NCBI RefSeq assembly: GCF_963921235.1
Contig: NC_086108.1
Location: 31,188,001-31,252,000 of the forward strand
Reading direction: 5' to 3'
Length of the DNA stretch: 64,000 bases
DNA from: Mobula hypostoma
Lineage: Eukaryota
The position numbers and the translations under genes are program-made. Shown here in pieces: positions 12,201-24,200 of the stretch (position 1 is its first letter; the number at the start of each line of letters is the position of its first letter). Below the pieces are notes generated by a model. It saw only the letters and a program-made list of their open reading frames with translations, ran no database searches and was not told the origin of the DNA.

Positions 12201-15200
12201 TTGGGGGGTGGGAATCAAATTAAAGCAGCTAGGTGTGAGGAGGTTAGTTCACAACAGAGGGATGGGAACCAGTGCAGAGAGACAGAGGGGTGTAAAGTGA
12301 GCGTAGAAGCAAAAAGTACAAAGGGGAAAAGTAAAAGTGGCAGGCCGACAAATCCAGGGCAAGCATTAAAAAGGGCTAAGAGAGTTGTAAAAGAGCGCCT
12401 GAAGGCTTTATGTGTCAATGCAAGGAGCATTCGTAATAAGGTGGATGAATTGAAAGTGCAGATTGTTATTAATGATTATGATATAGTTGGGATCACAGAG
12501 ACATGGCTCCAGGGTGACCAGGGATGGGAGCTCAACGTTCAGGGATATTCAATATTCAGGAGGGATAGACATGAAGGAAGGGGAGGTGGGGTGGCGTTGC
12601 TGGTTAAAAAAGAGATTAACGCAATAGAAAGGAAGGACATAAGCCGGGAAGATGTGGAATCGATATGGGTAGAGCTGCATAACACTAAGGGGCAGAAGAC
12701 GCTGCTGGGAGTTGTGTACAGGCCACCTAACAGTAGTAGTGAGGTCGGAGATGGTATTAAACAGGAAATTAGAAATGTGTGCAATAAAGGAACAGCAGTT
12801 ATAATGGGTGACTTCAATCTACATGTAGACTGGGTGAACCAAATTGGTAAAGGTGCTGAGGAAGAGGATTTCTTGGAATGTATGCGGGATGGTTTTTTGA
12901 ACCAACATGTCGAGGAACCGACTAGAGAGCAGGCTATTCTGGACTGGGTTTTGAGCAATGAGGAAGGGTTAATTAGCGATCTTGTCGTGAGAGGCCCCTT
13001 GGGTAAGAGTGACCATAATATGGTGGAATTCTTCATTAACATGGAGAGTGACGTAGTTAATTCAGAAACAAAGGTTCTGAACTTAAAGAGGGGTAACTTT
13101 GAAGGTATGAGACATGAATTAGCTAAGATAGACTGGCAAATGACACTTCAAGGATTGACGGTGGATATGCAATGGCAGGCATTTAAAGGTTGCATGGATG
13201 AACTACAACAATTGTTCATCCCAGTTTGGCAAAAGAATAAATCAAGGAAGGTAGTGCACCCGTGGCTGACAAGAGAAATTAGGGATAGTATCAATTCCAA
13301 AGAAGTAGCATACAAATTAGCCAGAGAAAGTGGCTCACCTGAGGACTGGGAGAAATTCAGAGTTCAGCAGAGGAGGACAATGGGCTTAATTAGGAAGGGG
13401 AAAAAAGATTATGAGAGAAAACTGGCAGAGAACATAAAAACGGACTGTAAAAGCTTTTATAGATATGTAAAAAGGAAAAGACTGATAAAGACAAATGTAG
13501 GTCCCCTGCAAACAGAAACAGGTGAATTGATTATGGGGAGCAAGGACATGGCAGACCAATTGAATAATTACTTTGGTTCTGTCTTCACTAAGGAGGACAT
13601 AAATAATCTTCCAGAAATAGTAAGGGACAGAGGGTCCAGTGAGATGGAGGAACTGAGCGAAATACATGTTAGTAGGGAAGTGGTGTTAGGTAAATTGAAG
13701 GGATTGAAGGCAGATAAATCCCCAGGGCCAGATGGTCTGCATCCCAGAGTGCTTAAGGAAGTGGCCCAAGAAATAGTGGATGCATTAGTGATAATTTTTC
13801 AAAACTCGTTAGATTCTGGACTAGTTCCTGAGGATTGGAGGGTGGCTAATGTAACCCCACTTTTTAAAAAAGGAGGGAGAGAGAAACCGGGGAATTATAG
13901 GCCGGTTAGCCTAACGTCGGTGGTGGGGAAACTGCTGGAGTCAGTTATCAAGGATGTGATAACAGCACATTTGGAAAGCGGTGAAATGATCGGACAAAGT
14001 CAGCATGGATTTGTGAAAGGAAAATCATGTCTGACGAATCTCATAGAATTTTTTGAGGATGTAACTAGTAGAGTGGATAGGGGAGAATCAGTGGATGTGG
14101 TATATTTGGATTTTCAAAAGGCTTTTGACAAGGTCCCACACAGGAGATTAGTGTGCAAACTTAAAGCACATGGTATTGGGGGTAAGGTATTGGTGTGGGT
14201 GGAGAATTGGTTAGCAGACAGGAAGCAAAGAGTGGGAATAAACGGGACCTTTTCAGAATGGCAGGCGGTGACTAGTGGGGTACCGCAAGGCTCAGTGCTG
14301 GGACCCCAGTTGTTTACAATATATATTAATGACTTGGATGAGGGAATTAAATGCAGCATCTCCAAGTTTGCGGATGACACGAAGCTGGGCGGCAGTGTTA
14401 GCAGTGAGGAGGATGCTAAGAGGATGCAGGGTGACTTGGATAGGTTGGGTGAGTGGGCAAACTCATGGCAGATGCAATTTAATGTGGATAAATGTGAAGT
14501 TATCCACTTTGGTGGCAAAAATAGGAAAACAGATTATTATCTGAATGGTGGCCGATTAGGAAAAGGGGAGGTGCAACGAGACCTGGGTGTCATTATACAC
14601 CAGTCATTGAAAGTGGGCATGCAGGTACAGCAGGCGGTGAAAAAGGCGAACGGTATGCTGGCATTTATAGCGAGAGGATTCGAGTACAGGAGCAGGGAGG
14701 TACTACTGCAGTTGTACAAGGCCTTGGTGAGACCACACCTGGAGTATTGTGTGCAGTTTTGGTCCCCTAATCTGAGGAAAGACATCCTTGCCATAGAGGG
14801 AGTACAAAGAAGGTTCACCAGATTGATTCCTGGGATGGCAGGTCTTTCATATGAAGAAAGACTGGATGAACTGGGCTTGTACTCGTTGGAATTTAGAAGA
14901 TTGAGGGGGGATCTGATTGAAACGTATAAGATCCTAAAGGGATTGGACAGGCTAGATGCGGGAAGATTGTTCCCGATGTTGGGGAGGTCTAGAACGAGGG
15001 GTTACAGTTTGAGGATAGAGGGGAAGCCTTTTAGGACCGAGATTAGGAAAAACTTCTTCACACAGAGAGTGGTGAATCTGTGGAATTCTCTGCCACAGCA
15101 AACTGTTGAGGCCAGTTCATTAGCTATGTTTAAAAGGAAGTTAGATATGGACCTTGTGGCTACAGGGGTCACGGGGTATGGAGGGAAGGCTGGGTTCTGA
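12201..15200 (+). CDS. CR1 ORF2p: apurinic-like endonuclease plus reverse transcriptase (frame open from 12180; no ATG until 12804)
   Basis: EN motifs NARSI, GITETW, VYRPP, MGDFN, SDHN. RT motifs KSPGPDG, NYRPVSLTS, QHGF, YLDFQKAFDKV, GVPQGSVLGP, FADD. No stops or frameshifts over ~1000 codons. Confidence 0.97.
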   Translation: MGGGNQIKAARCEEVSSQQRDGNQCRETEGCKVSVEAKSTKGKSKSGRPTNPGQALKRAKRVVKERLKALCVNARSIRNKVDELKVQIVINDYDIVGITETWLQGDQGWELNVQGYSIFRRDRHEGRGGGVALLVKKEINAIERKDISREDVESIWVELHNTKGQKTLLGVVYRPPNSSSEVGDGIKQEIRNVCNKGTAVIMGDFNLHVDWVNQIGKGAEEEDFLECMRDGFLNQHVEEPTREQAILDWVLSNEEGLISDLVVRGPLGKSDHNMVEFFINMESDVVNSETKVLNLKRGNFEGMRHELAKIDWQMTLQGLTVDMQWQAFKGCMDELQQLFIPVWQKNKSRKVVHPWLTREIRDSINSKEVAYKLARESGSPEDWEKFRVQQRRTMGLIRKGKKDYERKLAENIKTDCKSFYRYVKRKRLIKTNVGPLQTETGELIMGSKDMADQLNNYFGSVFTKEDINNLPEIVRDRGSSEMEELSEIHVSREVVLGKLKGLKADKSPGPDGLHPRVLKEVAQEIVDALVIIFQNSLDSGLVPEDWRVANVTPLFKKGGREKPGNYRPVSLTSVVGKLLESVIKDVITAHLESGEMIGQSQHGFVKGKSCLTNLIEFFEDVTSRVDRGESVDVVYLDFQKAFDKVPHRRLVCKLKAHGIGGKVLVWVENWLADRKQRVGINGTFSEWQAVTSGVPQGSVLGPQLFTIYINDLDEGIKCSISKFADDTKLGGSVSSEEDAKRMQGDLDRLGEWANSWQMQFNVDKCEVIHFGGKNRKTDYYLNGGRLGKGEVQRDLGVIIHQSLKVGMQVQQAVKKANGMLAFIARGFEYRSREVLLQLYKALVRPHLEYCVQFWSPNLRKDILAIEGVQRRFTRLIPGMAGLSYEERLDELGLYSLEFRRLRGDLIETYKILKGLDRLDAGRLFPMLGRSRTRGYSLRIEGKPFRTEIRKNFFTQRVVNLWNSLPQQTVEASSLAMFKRKLDMDLVATGVTGYGGKAGF

Positions 15201-15298
15201 GTTGGATGATCAGCCATGATCATAATAAATGGCGGTGCAGGCTCGAAGGGCCGAATGGCCTACTCCTGCACCTATTTTCTATGTTTCTATGTTTCTAT
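15201..15298 (+). other. CR1 3' UTR with stem-loop and 8-bp terminal repeats
   Basis: GGTGCAGG...CCTGCACC inverted repeat encloses GGCC-GAAT-GGCC, followed by TTTCTATG TTTCTATG TTTCTAT; typical CR1 3' end. Confidence 0.85.
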
Positions 15299-18200
15299 AT
15301 ATCACCTCCCAGTTTCCCACCTTATCCCCCATCCCCCTCACTTGGTCTGATATATGACCTCCCGGTTTCTCACCTTATCCCCCATCCCCCTCACCTCAAC
15401 TCATATATCACTTCACAGTTTCTCACCTTATCCCGCATCCCCCTCACCCGATCTCATATATCACCTCCCAGTTTCTCACCTTATCCCCCATCGCCCTGAC
15501 CTGGTATCATAGATCACCTTCCAGTTGCTCAAGTTATCCCCCATCCCACTCTCCTGGTCTCATATATCACCTCCCCGTTTCTCACGTTATCCCCCATCCC
15601 CCTCACCTGGTCTCATACATCACATCCCAGTTTCTCACGTTATCCCCTATCCCCCTCACCCGGTCTCATATATCACCTCCCAGTTTCTCACGTTATCCCA
15701 CATCCCCCTCAATTGGTCTCATATATCACCTCCCAGTTTCTCACGTTATCCCCCATCCCCCTCACATGGTCTCATAGATCACCTTCCAGTTTCTCACGTT
15801 TCCCCCATCCCCCTCACATGGTCTCATAGATCACCTTCCAGTTTCTCACGTTATCCCCCATCCCCCTCATCTGGTCTCATATATCACCTCCCAGTTTCTC
15901 ACCTTATCCCCCATCCCCCTCACACGGTCTGATATATCACTTCACATTTTGTCACCTTATCCCCCATCCCCCTCGCCTGGTCTCATATATCACCTCCCAG
16001 TTTCTCATGTTATCCCCCATCCCCCTCACCCGGTCTCATATATCACCTCCCAGTTTCTCACTTTACGCCCATCCCTCTCACTTCGTCTCATATATCACTT
16101 CCCAGTTTCTCACGTTATTCCCCATCCCCCTCACCTGGTCTCATATATCACCTCCCCGTTTCTCACGTTATCTCCCATCCCCTTCGCCCGGTCTCATATA
16201 TCACCTCCCAGTTTCTCACCTTTCCCTCATCCCCTTCACCTCGTCTCATATATCACTTCCCGGTTTCTCACGTTATCCCCCAAAGCCCTCACCTGGTCTC
16301 ATATATCACCACCAAATTTCTCACCTTATTCCCCCATCCCCCTCACCCGGTCTCATGTATCACCTCCCAGTTTCTCACGTTATCCCCCATTCCCCTCACC
16401 TGGTCTCATATATCACCTCCCAGTTTCTCACCTTTCCCCCATCCCCTTCACCTCGTCTCATATATCACTTCCCAGTTTCTCACGTTATCCCTAAACCCCC
16501 TCACCTGGTCTCATAAATCACCTCCAAATTTCTCTCCTTATTCCCCCATTCCCCTCACCTGGTCTCATATATCACTTCCCAGTTTCTCACGTTAACCCCC
16601 ATTCCCCTCACCTGGTATCATATATCACCTCCCAGTTTCTCACCTTATCCCCCATCCCCCTCACCTCGTCTCATATATCACCTCCCAGTTTCTCACCTTA
16701 TCCCCCATCCCCCTCACCTGTTCTCATATATCACCTCCTAGTTTCTCAGGTTATCCCCGGTCCCCCTCACATTGTCTCATATATCACCTCCAAGTTTCTC
16801 ACGTTATCCCCGGTCCCCCTCACCTGTTCTCATGTATCACCTCCTAGTTTCTCACCTTATTCCACCATCCCCCTCACCTGGTCTCATACATCACGTCCCA
16901 GTTTCTCACGTTATCCCCCATCCCCGTCACCCGGTGTCATACATCACCTACAAGTTTCTCACCTGATCCCCCATCCCCCTCACCTGGTCTCATATATATC
17001 CTCCCAGTTTCTCACCTTATCCCCCATCCCCCTCACCTCATTTCATATATCACCTCCCTGTTTCTCACGTTATCCCCCGTCCCCCTCACCTGGTCTCATA
17101 TGTCACCTCCCAGTTTCTCACCTTATCCCCCATTCCACTCACCTCGTCTCATATATCACCTCCCAGTTTCTCACGTTATCCCCCATCCCCCTCACCTGGT
17201 CTCATATATCACTTCACAGTTTCTCACCCTATCTCCCATACTTCTCACCCGGTCTCATATATCACTTCCCAGTTTCTCATCTTATCCTCCATCCCCCTCA
17301 CCTGGTCTCATATATCACCTCCCAGTTTCTCACCTTATACCCCATCCCCCTCACCTCGTCTCATATATCACCTCCCTGTTTCTCACGTTATCTCCCATCC
17401 TCCTCACCTGGTCTCATATATCACCTCCCAGTTTGTCACGTTATCCTCCATCCCACTCACAGGGTCTCAAATATCACCTCCCAATTTCTCACCTCATCCC
17501 CCATCCCCCTCACCTGGTCTCATATATCACCTCCCAGATCCTCATGTCAATTCCCATCCCCCTCCCTGGTCTCATATATCACCTCCCAATTTCTCACCTT
17601 ATCCCCCATCCACATCACCTGGTCTCATATATCACCTCCCGGTTTCTCACCTTATCCCCCATCCCCTTCACCTGCTCTCATATATCACCTCCCAGTTTCT
17701 CACGTTATCCCCCATCCCCCTCACTCGGTCTCATATATCACCTACCAGTTTCTCACCTTATCCCCCATCCCCCTCACCTCATCTCATATATCACTTCACA
17801 GTTTCTCATCTTATCCCCCATACCCCTCACCCGGTCTTATATATCACCTCCCAGTTTCTCACGTTATCCCCCATCCCCATCACCTGGTCTCAATTATCAC
17901 TTCACAGTTTCACACCTTATCCCCCATCCCCCTCACCCGGTCTCATATATCACCGCCCTATTTCTCACCTTATCCCCCATCCCACTGACCTCGTTTCATA
18001 TATCACTTCACAGTTTCTCACCTTATCCCTCATCCCCCTAACCCGGTCTCATACATCACCTCCCAGTTTCTCACGTTATCCCCCATCCCCCTCACCTGGT
18101 CTCATATATCACCTCCCAGTTTCTAACATTATCCCCCATCCCGCTCACTTGTTCTCATATATCACCTCCCAGTTTCTCACGTTATCCCCCGTCCCCCTCA

Positions 18201-21200
18201 CCTGGTCTCATATATCACCTCCCGGTTTCTCACCTTATCCCCTATCCCCATCACCCCGTCTCATAGATCACTTCACAGTTTCTCACCTTATCCCCCATCC
18301 CCCTCACCTCATCTCATAAAACACTTCCCAGTTTCTCACGTTATCCCCAATCCCCGTCACCCGGTCTCATATATCACCTCCCAGTTTCTCACCTTATCCC
18401 CTATCCCCCTCACCTCGTCTCATATATCACCTCCCAGTTTCTCACCTTACCCCCATCCCCTTCACCTGGTCGCATATATCACTTCACAGTTTCTCACCTT
18501 ATCCCCCATCTCCCTCACCCGGATTCATATGTCACATCCCAGTTTCTCAACTTATCCCCCATCCCCCTAACCCGGTCTCATATATCACCTACCAGTTTCT
18601 CACGTTTTCCCCCGTCCCCCTCACCTGGTCTCATATATCACCTCCCAGTTTCTCACCTTATCCCCCATCCCCCTCACCTGTTCTCATATATCACCTCCCA
18701 GTTTCTCACGTTATCCCCCGTCCCTCTCACCTTGTCTCATATATCACCTCCAAGTCTCTCACGTTATCCCCGGTCCCCCTCACCTGGTCTCATATATCAC
18801 CTCCCAGTTTCTCACCTTATTCCCGCATCCCCCTCACCTCGTCTCATATATCACCTCCCATTTTCTCACGTTATCTCCCATCCCCCTCGCCCGGTCTCAT
18901 ATATCACCTCCCAGTTTCTCACCTTTCTCCCATCCCCTTCACTTCGTCTCATATATCACTTCCCAGTTTCTCACGTTATCCCCCAACCCCCTCACCTGGT
19001 CAAATATATCACCTCCCAATTTCTCACCTTATTCCCCCATCCCCCTCATCTGGTCTCATATATCACCTCCCAATTTCTCACGGTATCCACCATCCCCCTC
19101 ACCTGGTCTCATATATCACCTCCCAGTTTCTCACCTTATCCCCCATCCCCCTCACCTGGTCTCATATATCACCTCCCGGTTTCTCACCTTATCCCCCATC
19201 TCCGTCACGTGGTCTCATATATCACCTCCCAGTTTCTCACGTTATCCCTCATCCCCCTCACCCGGTCTCATAAATCTCCTCCCGGTTTCTCACCTTATCC
19301 CCCATCCCCGTCACGTGGTCTCATATATCACCTCCCAGTTTCTCACGTTATCCCCCGTCCCCCTCACCTGGTCTCATATATCACCTCCCAGTTTCTCACG
19401 TTATCCCGCATCCCCCTCACCTGGTCTCATATATCACTTCCTAGTTTCTCACGTTATCCACCAACCCCCTCACCTCATCTCATATATCACCTCCCAGTTT
19501 CTCACTTTATCCCCCATCCCCCTCACCTGTTCTCATATATCACCACCCAGTTTCTCACGTTATCCCGCATCCCCCTCACCTGGTCTCATATATCACCTCC
19601 CAGTTTCTCACCTTATCCCCCATCCCCCTCACCTCGTCTCATATATCACTTCCCAGTTTCTCACGTTATCCCCCATCCCCCTCACCTGGTCTCATATATC
19701 ACCTCCCAGTTTCTCATGTTATCGCCCATCCCCATCACCTCATCTCATATATCATCTCCCAGTTTCTCACGTTATCCCCCATCCCCCTCACCTGGTCGCA
19801 TATATCACCTCCCATTTTCTCACGTTATCTCCCATGCCCCTCACCTGGTCTCATATATCACCTCCCCGTTTCTCACGTTATCCCCCATCCCCCTCGCCCG
19901 GTCTCATATATCACCTCCCAGTTTCTCACCTTATCCCCCATCCACCTCACCTGGTCTCATATATCACCTCCCGGTTTCTCACCTTATCCCCCATCCCCCT
20001 CACCTGCTCTCATACAACACCTCCCAGTTTCTCACGTTATCCCCCGTCCCCCTCACCTGGTCTCATATATCACCTCCCAGTTTCTCACGTTATCCCCCAT
20101 CCCCCTCACTCGGTCTCATGTATCACCTCCCAGTTTCTCACGTTATCCCCCATCCCCCTCACTCGGTCTCATATATCACCTACCAGTTTCTCACCTTATC
20201 CCCCAACCCGCTCATCTCATCTCATATATCACTTCACAGTTTCTCATCTTATCCCCCATACGCCTCACCCGGTCTCATATATCACCTCCCAGTTTCTCAG
20301 GTTATCCCCCATCCCCATCACCTGGTCTCATATATCACCTACCAGTATCTCACCTTATCCCCCATCCCCCTCACCTCATCTCATATATCACTTCACAGTT
20401 TCTCATCTTATCCCCCATCCCCCTCGCCCGGTCTCATATATCACCTCCCAGTTTCTCACCTTATCCCCCATCCACCTCACCTGGTCTCATATATCACCTC
20501 CCGGTTTCTCACCTTATCCCCCATCCCCCTCACCTGCTCTCATACATCATCTCCCAGTTTCTCACGTTATCCCCCGTCCCCCTCACCTGGTCTCATATAT
20601 CACCTCCCAGTTTCTCACGTTATCCCCCATCCCCCTCACTCGGTCTCATATATCACCTACCAGTTTCTCACCTTATCCCCCATCCCCCTCACCTCATCTC
20701 ATATATCACTTCACAGTTTCTCATCTTATCCCCCATACCCCTCACCCGGTCTCATATATCACCTCCCAGTTTCTCACGTTATCCCCCATCCCCATCACCT
20801 GGTCTCAATTATCACTTCGCAGTTTCTCACCCTATCCCCCATCCCACTGACCTCGTTTCATATATCACTTCACAGTTTCTCACCTTATCCCTCATCCCCC
20901 TAACCCGGTCTCATACATCACCTCCCAGTTTCTCACGTTATCCACCGTCCCCCTCACCTGGTCTCATGTATTACCTCCCAGTTTCTAACATTATCCCCCA
21001 TCCCCCTCACCTGTTCTCATATATCACCTCCCAGTTTCTCAAGTTATCCCCCGTCCCCCTCACCTGGTCTCATATATCACCTCTCGCTTTCTCACGTTAT
21101 CTCCCGTCCCCCTCACCTGGTCTCATATATCACCTCCCGGTTTCTCACCTTATCTCCCATCCCCATCACCCCGTCTCATATATCACTTCACAGTTTCTCA

Positions 21201-24200
21201 CCTTATCCCCCATCCCCCTCACCCGGTCTCTAATATCACCTCCCAGTTTCTCACCTTATCCTCCATCCCCCTGACCTCGTCTCATAAAACACTTCGCAGT
21301 TTCTCACGTTATCCCCCATCCCCGTCACCCGGTCTCATATATCACCTCCAAGTTTCTCACCTTATCCCCCATCGCCCTCACCTGGTCTCATGTATCACCT
21401 CCCAGTTTCTCACCTTATCCCCCATCCCCCTCACCTCATCTCATATAGCACTTCACAGTTTCTCACCTTATCCCACATCCCCCTCACCCGGTCTCATATA
21501 TCACCTCCCAGTTTCGCACCTTATCCCGCATCCCCCTCACCTCGTCTCATCTATCACTTCCCAGTTTCTCACGTTATCCACCATCCCCCTCACCTGGTCT
21601 CATATATCACCTCCCAGTTTCTCACATTATCCCCCATCCCCCTCACCTCATCTCATATATCACCTCCCAGTTTATCACGTTATCCCCCATCGCCCTCACC
21701 TCATCTCATATATCACCTCCCAGTTTCTCACGTTATCCCCCATCCCCCTCACCTGGTCTCATTTATCACCTCCCTGTTTCTCACCTTACCCCCATCCCCC
21801 TCATCTCGTCTCATATATCACTTCCCAGTTTCACACGTTATCCCCCATCCCCCTCACCTGGTCTCATATATCACCTCCCAGTTTCTCATTTTATCCCCCA
21901 TCCCCCTCACCTCATATCATATATCACCTCCCGGTTTCTCACGTTATCCCCCATCCCCCTCACCTGGTCTCATATATCACCTCCCAGTTTCTCAACTTAT
22001 CCCCCATCCCCCTCACCTGCTCTCATATATCACCTCCCGGATTCTCACCTTATCCCCCATTCCCCTCACCCGGTCTCATAAATCACCTCCCAGTTTCTCA
22101 CCTTATCCCCCATCCCCCTCACCTCGTCTCATATATCACTTCCCAGTTTCTCACGTTATCCCCCATCCCCGTCACCCCGTCTCATATATCACCTTCAAGT
22201 TTTTCACCTTATCCCCCATCCCCCTCACCTGGTCTCATGTATCACCTCCCAGTTTCTCACCTTATCCCCCATCCCCCTCACCTCGTCTCATATATCACCT
22301 CCCAGTTTCTCACGTTATCCCCCGTCCCGCTCACCTTGTCTCATTTATCACCTCCCAGTTCCTCACGTTATCCCCCATCCCCCTCACCTCATCTCATATA
22401 GCACTTCACAGATTCTCACCTTATCCCACATCCCCCTCACCCGGTCTCATATATCACCTCCCAGTTTCGCACTTATCCCGCATCCCCCTCACCTCGTCTC
22501 ATATATCACTTACCAGTTGCTCACGTCATCCCCCATCCCCCTCACCTGGTCTCATATATCACCTCCCAGTTTCTCACCTTATCCCCATCCCCTTCACCTC
22601 GTCTCATATATCACTTTCCAGTTTCTCACGTTATCCACCCTCCCCCTCACCTGGTCTCATATATCACCTCCCAGTTTCTCACGTTATCCCCCATCTCCCT
22701 CACCTCATCTCATATATCACCTCCCAGTTTATCACGTTATCCCCCATCCCCCTCACCTGGTCTCATACATCACTTCCTAGTTTCTCACGTTATCCCCCAT
22801 ACCCCTCACCTCATCTCATATATCACCTCCCAGTTTCTCACGTTATACCCATCCCCCTCACTTGGTCTCATAGATCACCTCCCAGTTTCTCACCTTACCC
22901 CCCATCCCCCTCACCTCGTTGCATATATCACTTCCCAGTTTCTCACGTTATCCCCCATCGCCCTCACCTCATCTCATATATCACCTCCCAGTTTCTCACG
23001 TTATCCCCTATCCCCCTCACCTCGTCTCATTTATCACCGCCCAGTTTCTCACGTTACCCCCACCCCCTCTCCTGGTCTCATATATCACATACCAGTTTCT
23101 CACGTTATCCCCCATCCCCCTCACCTGGTCTCATTTATCACCTCCAAATTTCTCACCTTATTCCCCCATCCCCCTCACCTGGTCTCATAGATCACCTCCC
23201 AGTTTCTCATTTTATCCCCCATCCCCCTCACCTCATATCATATATCACCTCCCGGTTTCTCACGTTATCCCCCATCCCCCTCACCTGGTCTCATATATCA
23301 CCTCCCAGTTTCTCAACTTATCCCCCATCCCCCTCACCTGCTCTCATATATCACCTCCCGGATTCTCACCTTATCCCCCATTCCCCTCACCCGGTCTCAT
23401 AAATCACCTCCCAGTTTCTCACCTTATCCCCCATCCCCCTCACCTCGTCTCATATATCACTTCCCAGTTTCTCACGTTATCCCCCATCCCCGTCACCCCG
23501 TCTCATATATCACCTTCAAGTTTTTCACCTTATCCCCCATCCCCCTCACCTGGTCTCATGTATCACCTCCCAGTTTCTCACCTTATCCCCCATCCCCCTC
23601 ACCTCGTCTCATATATCACCTCCCAGTTTCTCACGTTATCCCCCGTCCCGCTCACCTTGTCTCATTTATCACCTCCCAGTTCCTCACGTTATCCCCCATC
23701 CCCCTCACCTGGTCTCATATATCACCTCCCGGTTTCTCACGTTATCCCCCATCCCCCTCACCTCATCTCATATAGCACTTCACAGATTCTCACCTTATCC
23801 CACATCCCCCTCACCCGGTCTCATATATCACCTCCCAGTTTCGCACTTATCCCGCATCCCCCTCACCTCGTCTCATATATCACTTCCCAGTTTCTCACGT
23901 TATCCCCCATCCCCCTCACCTGGTCTCATTTATCACCTCCAAATTTCTCACCTTATTCCCCCATCCCCCTCACCTGGTCTCATATATCACCTCCCAGTTT
24001 CTCATTTTATCCCCCATCCCCCTCACCTCATATCATATATCACCTCCCGGTTTCTCACGTTATCCCCCATCCCCCTCACCTGGTCTCATATATCACCTCC
24101 CAGTTTCTCAACTTATCCCCCATCCCCCTCACCTGCTCTCATATATCACCTCCCGGATTCTCACCTTATCCCCCATTCCCCTCACCCGGTCTCATAAATC

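Larger units (their letters stand above)
10433..15296 (+). mobile_element. Full-length, apparently intact CR1-clade non-LTR retrotransposon (LINE)
   Basis: 5' tandem monomers, uninterrupted ORF1 (esterase type) and ORF2 (APE+RT), short 3' UTR with hairpin and (TTTCTATG)n tail. The satellite resumes in register on both sides: ...CTC-ATAT[element]ATAT-ATCACC. Confidence 0.96.

Noticed and set aside
12197..12223. ATG right after the ORF1 stop as the ORF2 start (reinitiation)
   Set aside because: Out of frame as sequenced (8 codons, then TAA) and absent from the second CR1 junction. It remains an alternative only if the G6 run is a sequencing error.
12193..12290. Classical pseudoknot or strong stem-loop downstream of the slippery site
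   Set aside because: By eye only a weak 5-bp pairing (TGGTT/AATCA) and a G-rich tract are visible; no structure can be claimed without folding and probing.
11334..15223. Antisense ORFs over the CR1 ORFs
   Set aside because: Shadow frames of the coding strand, with no independent motifs.
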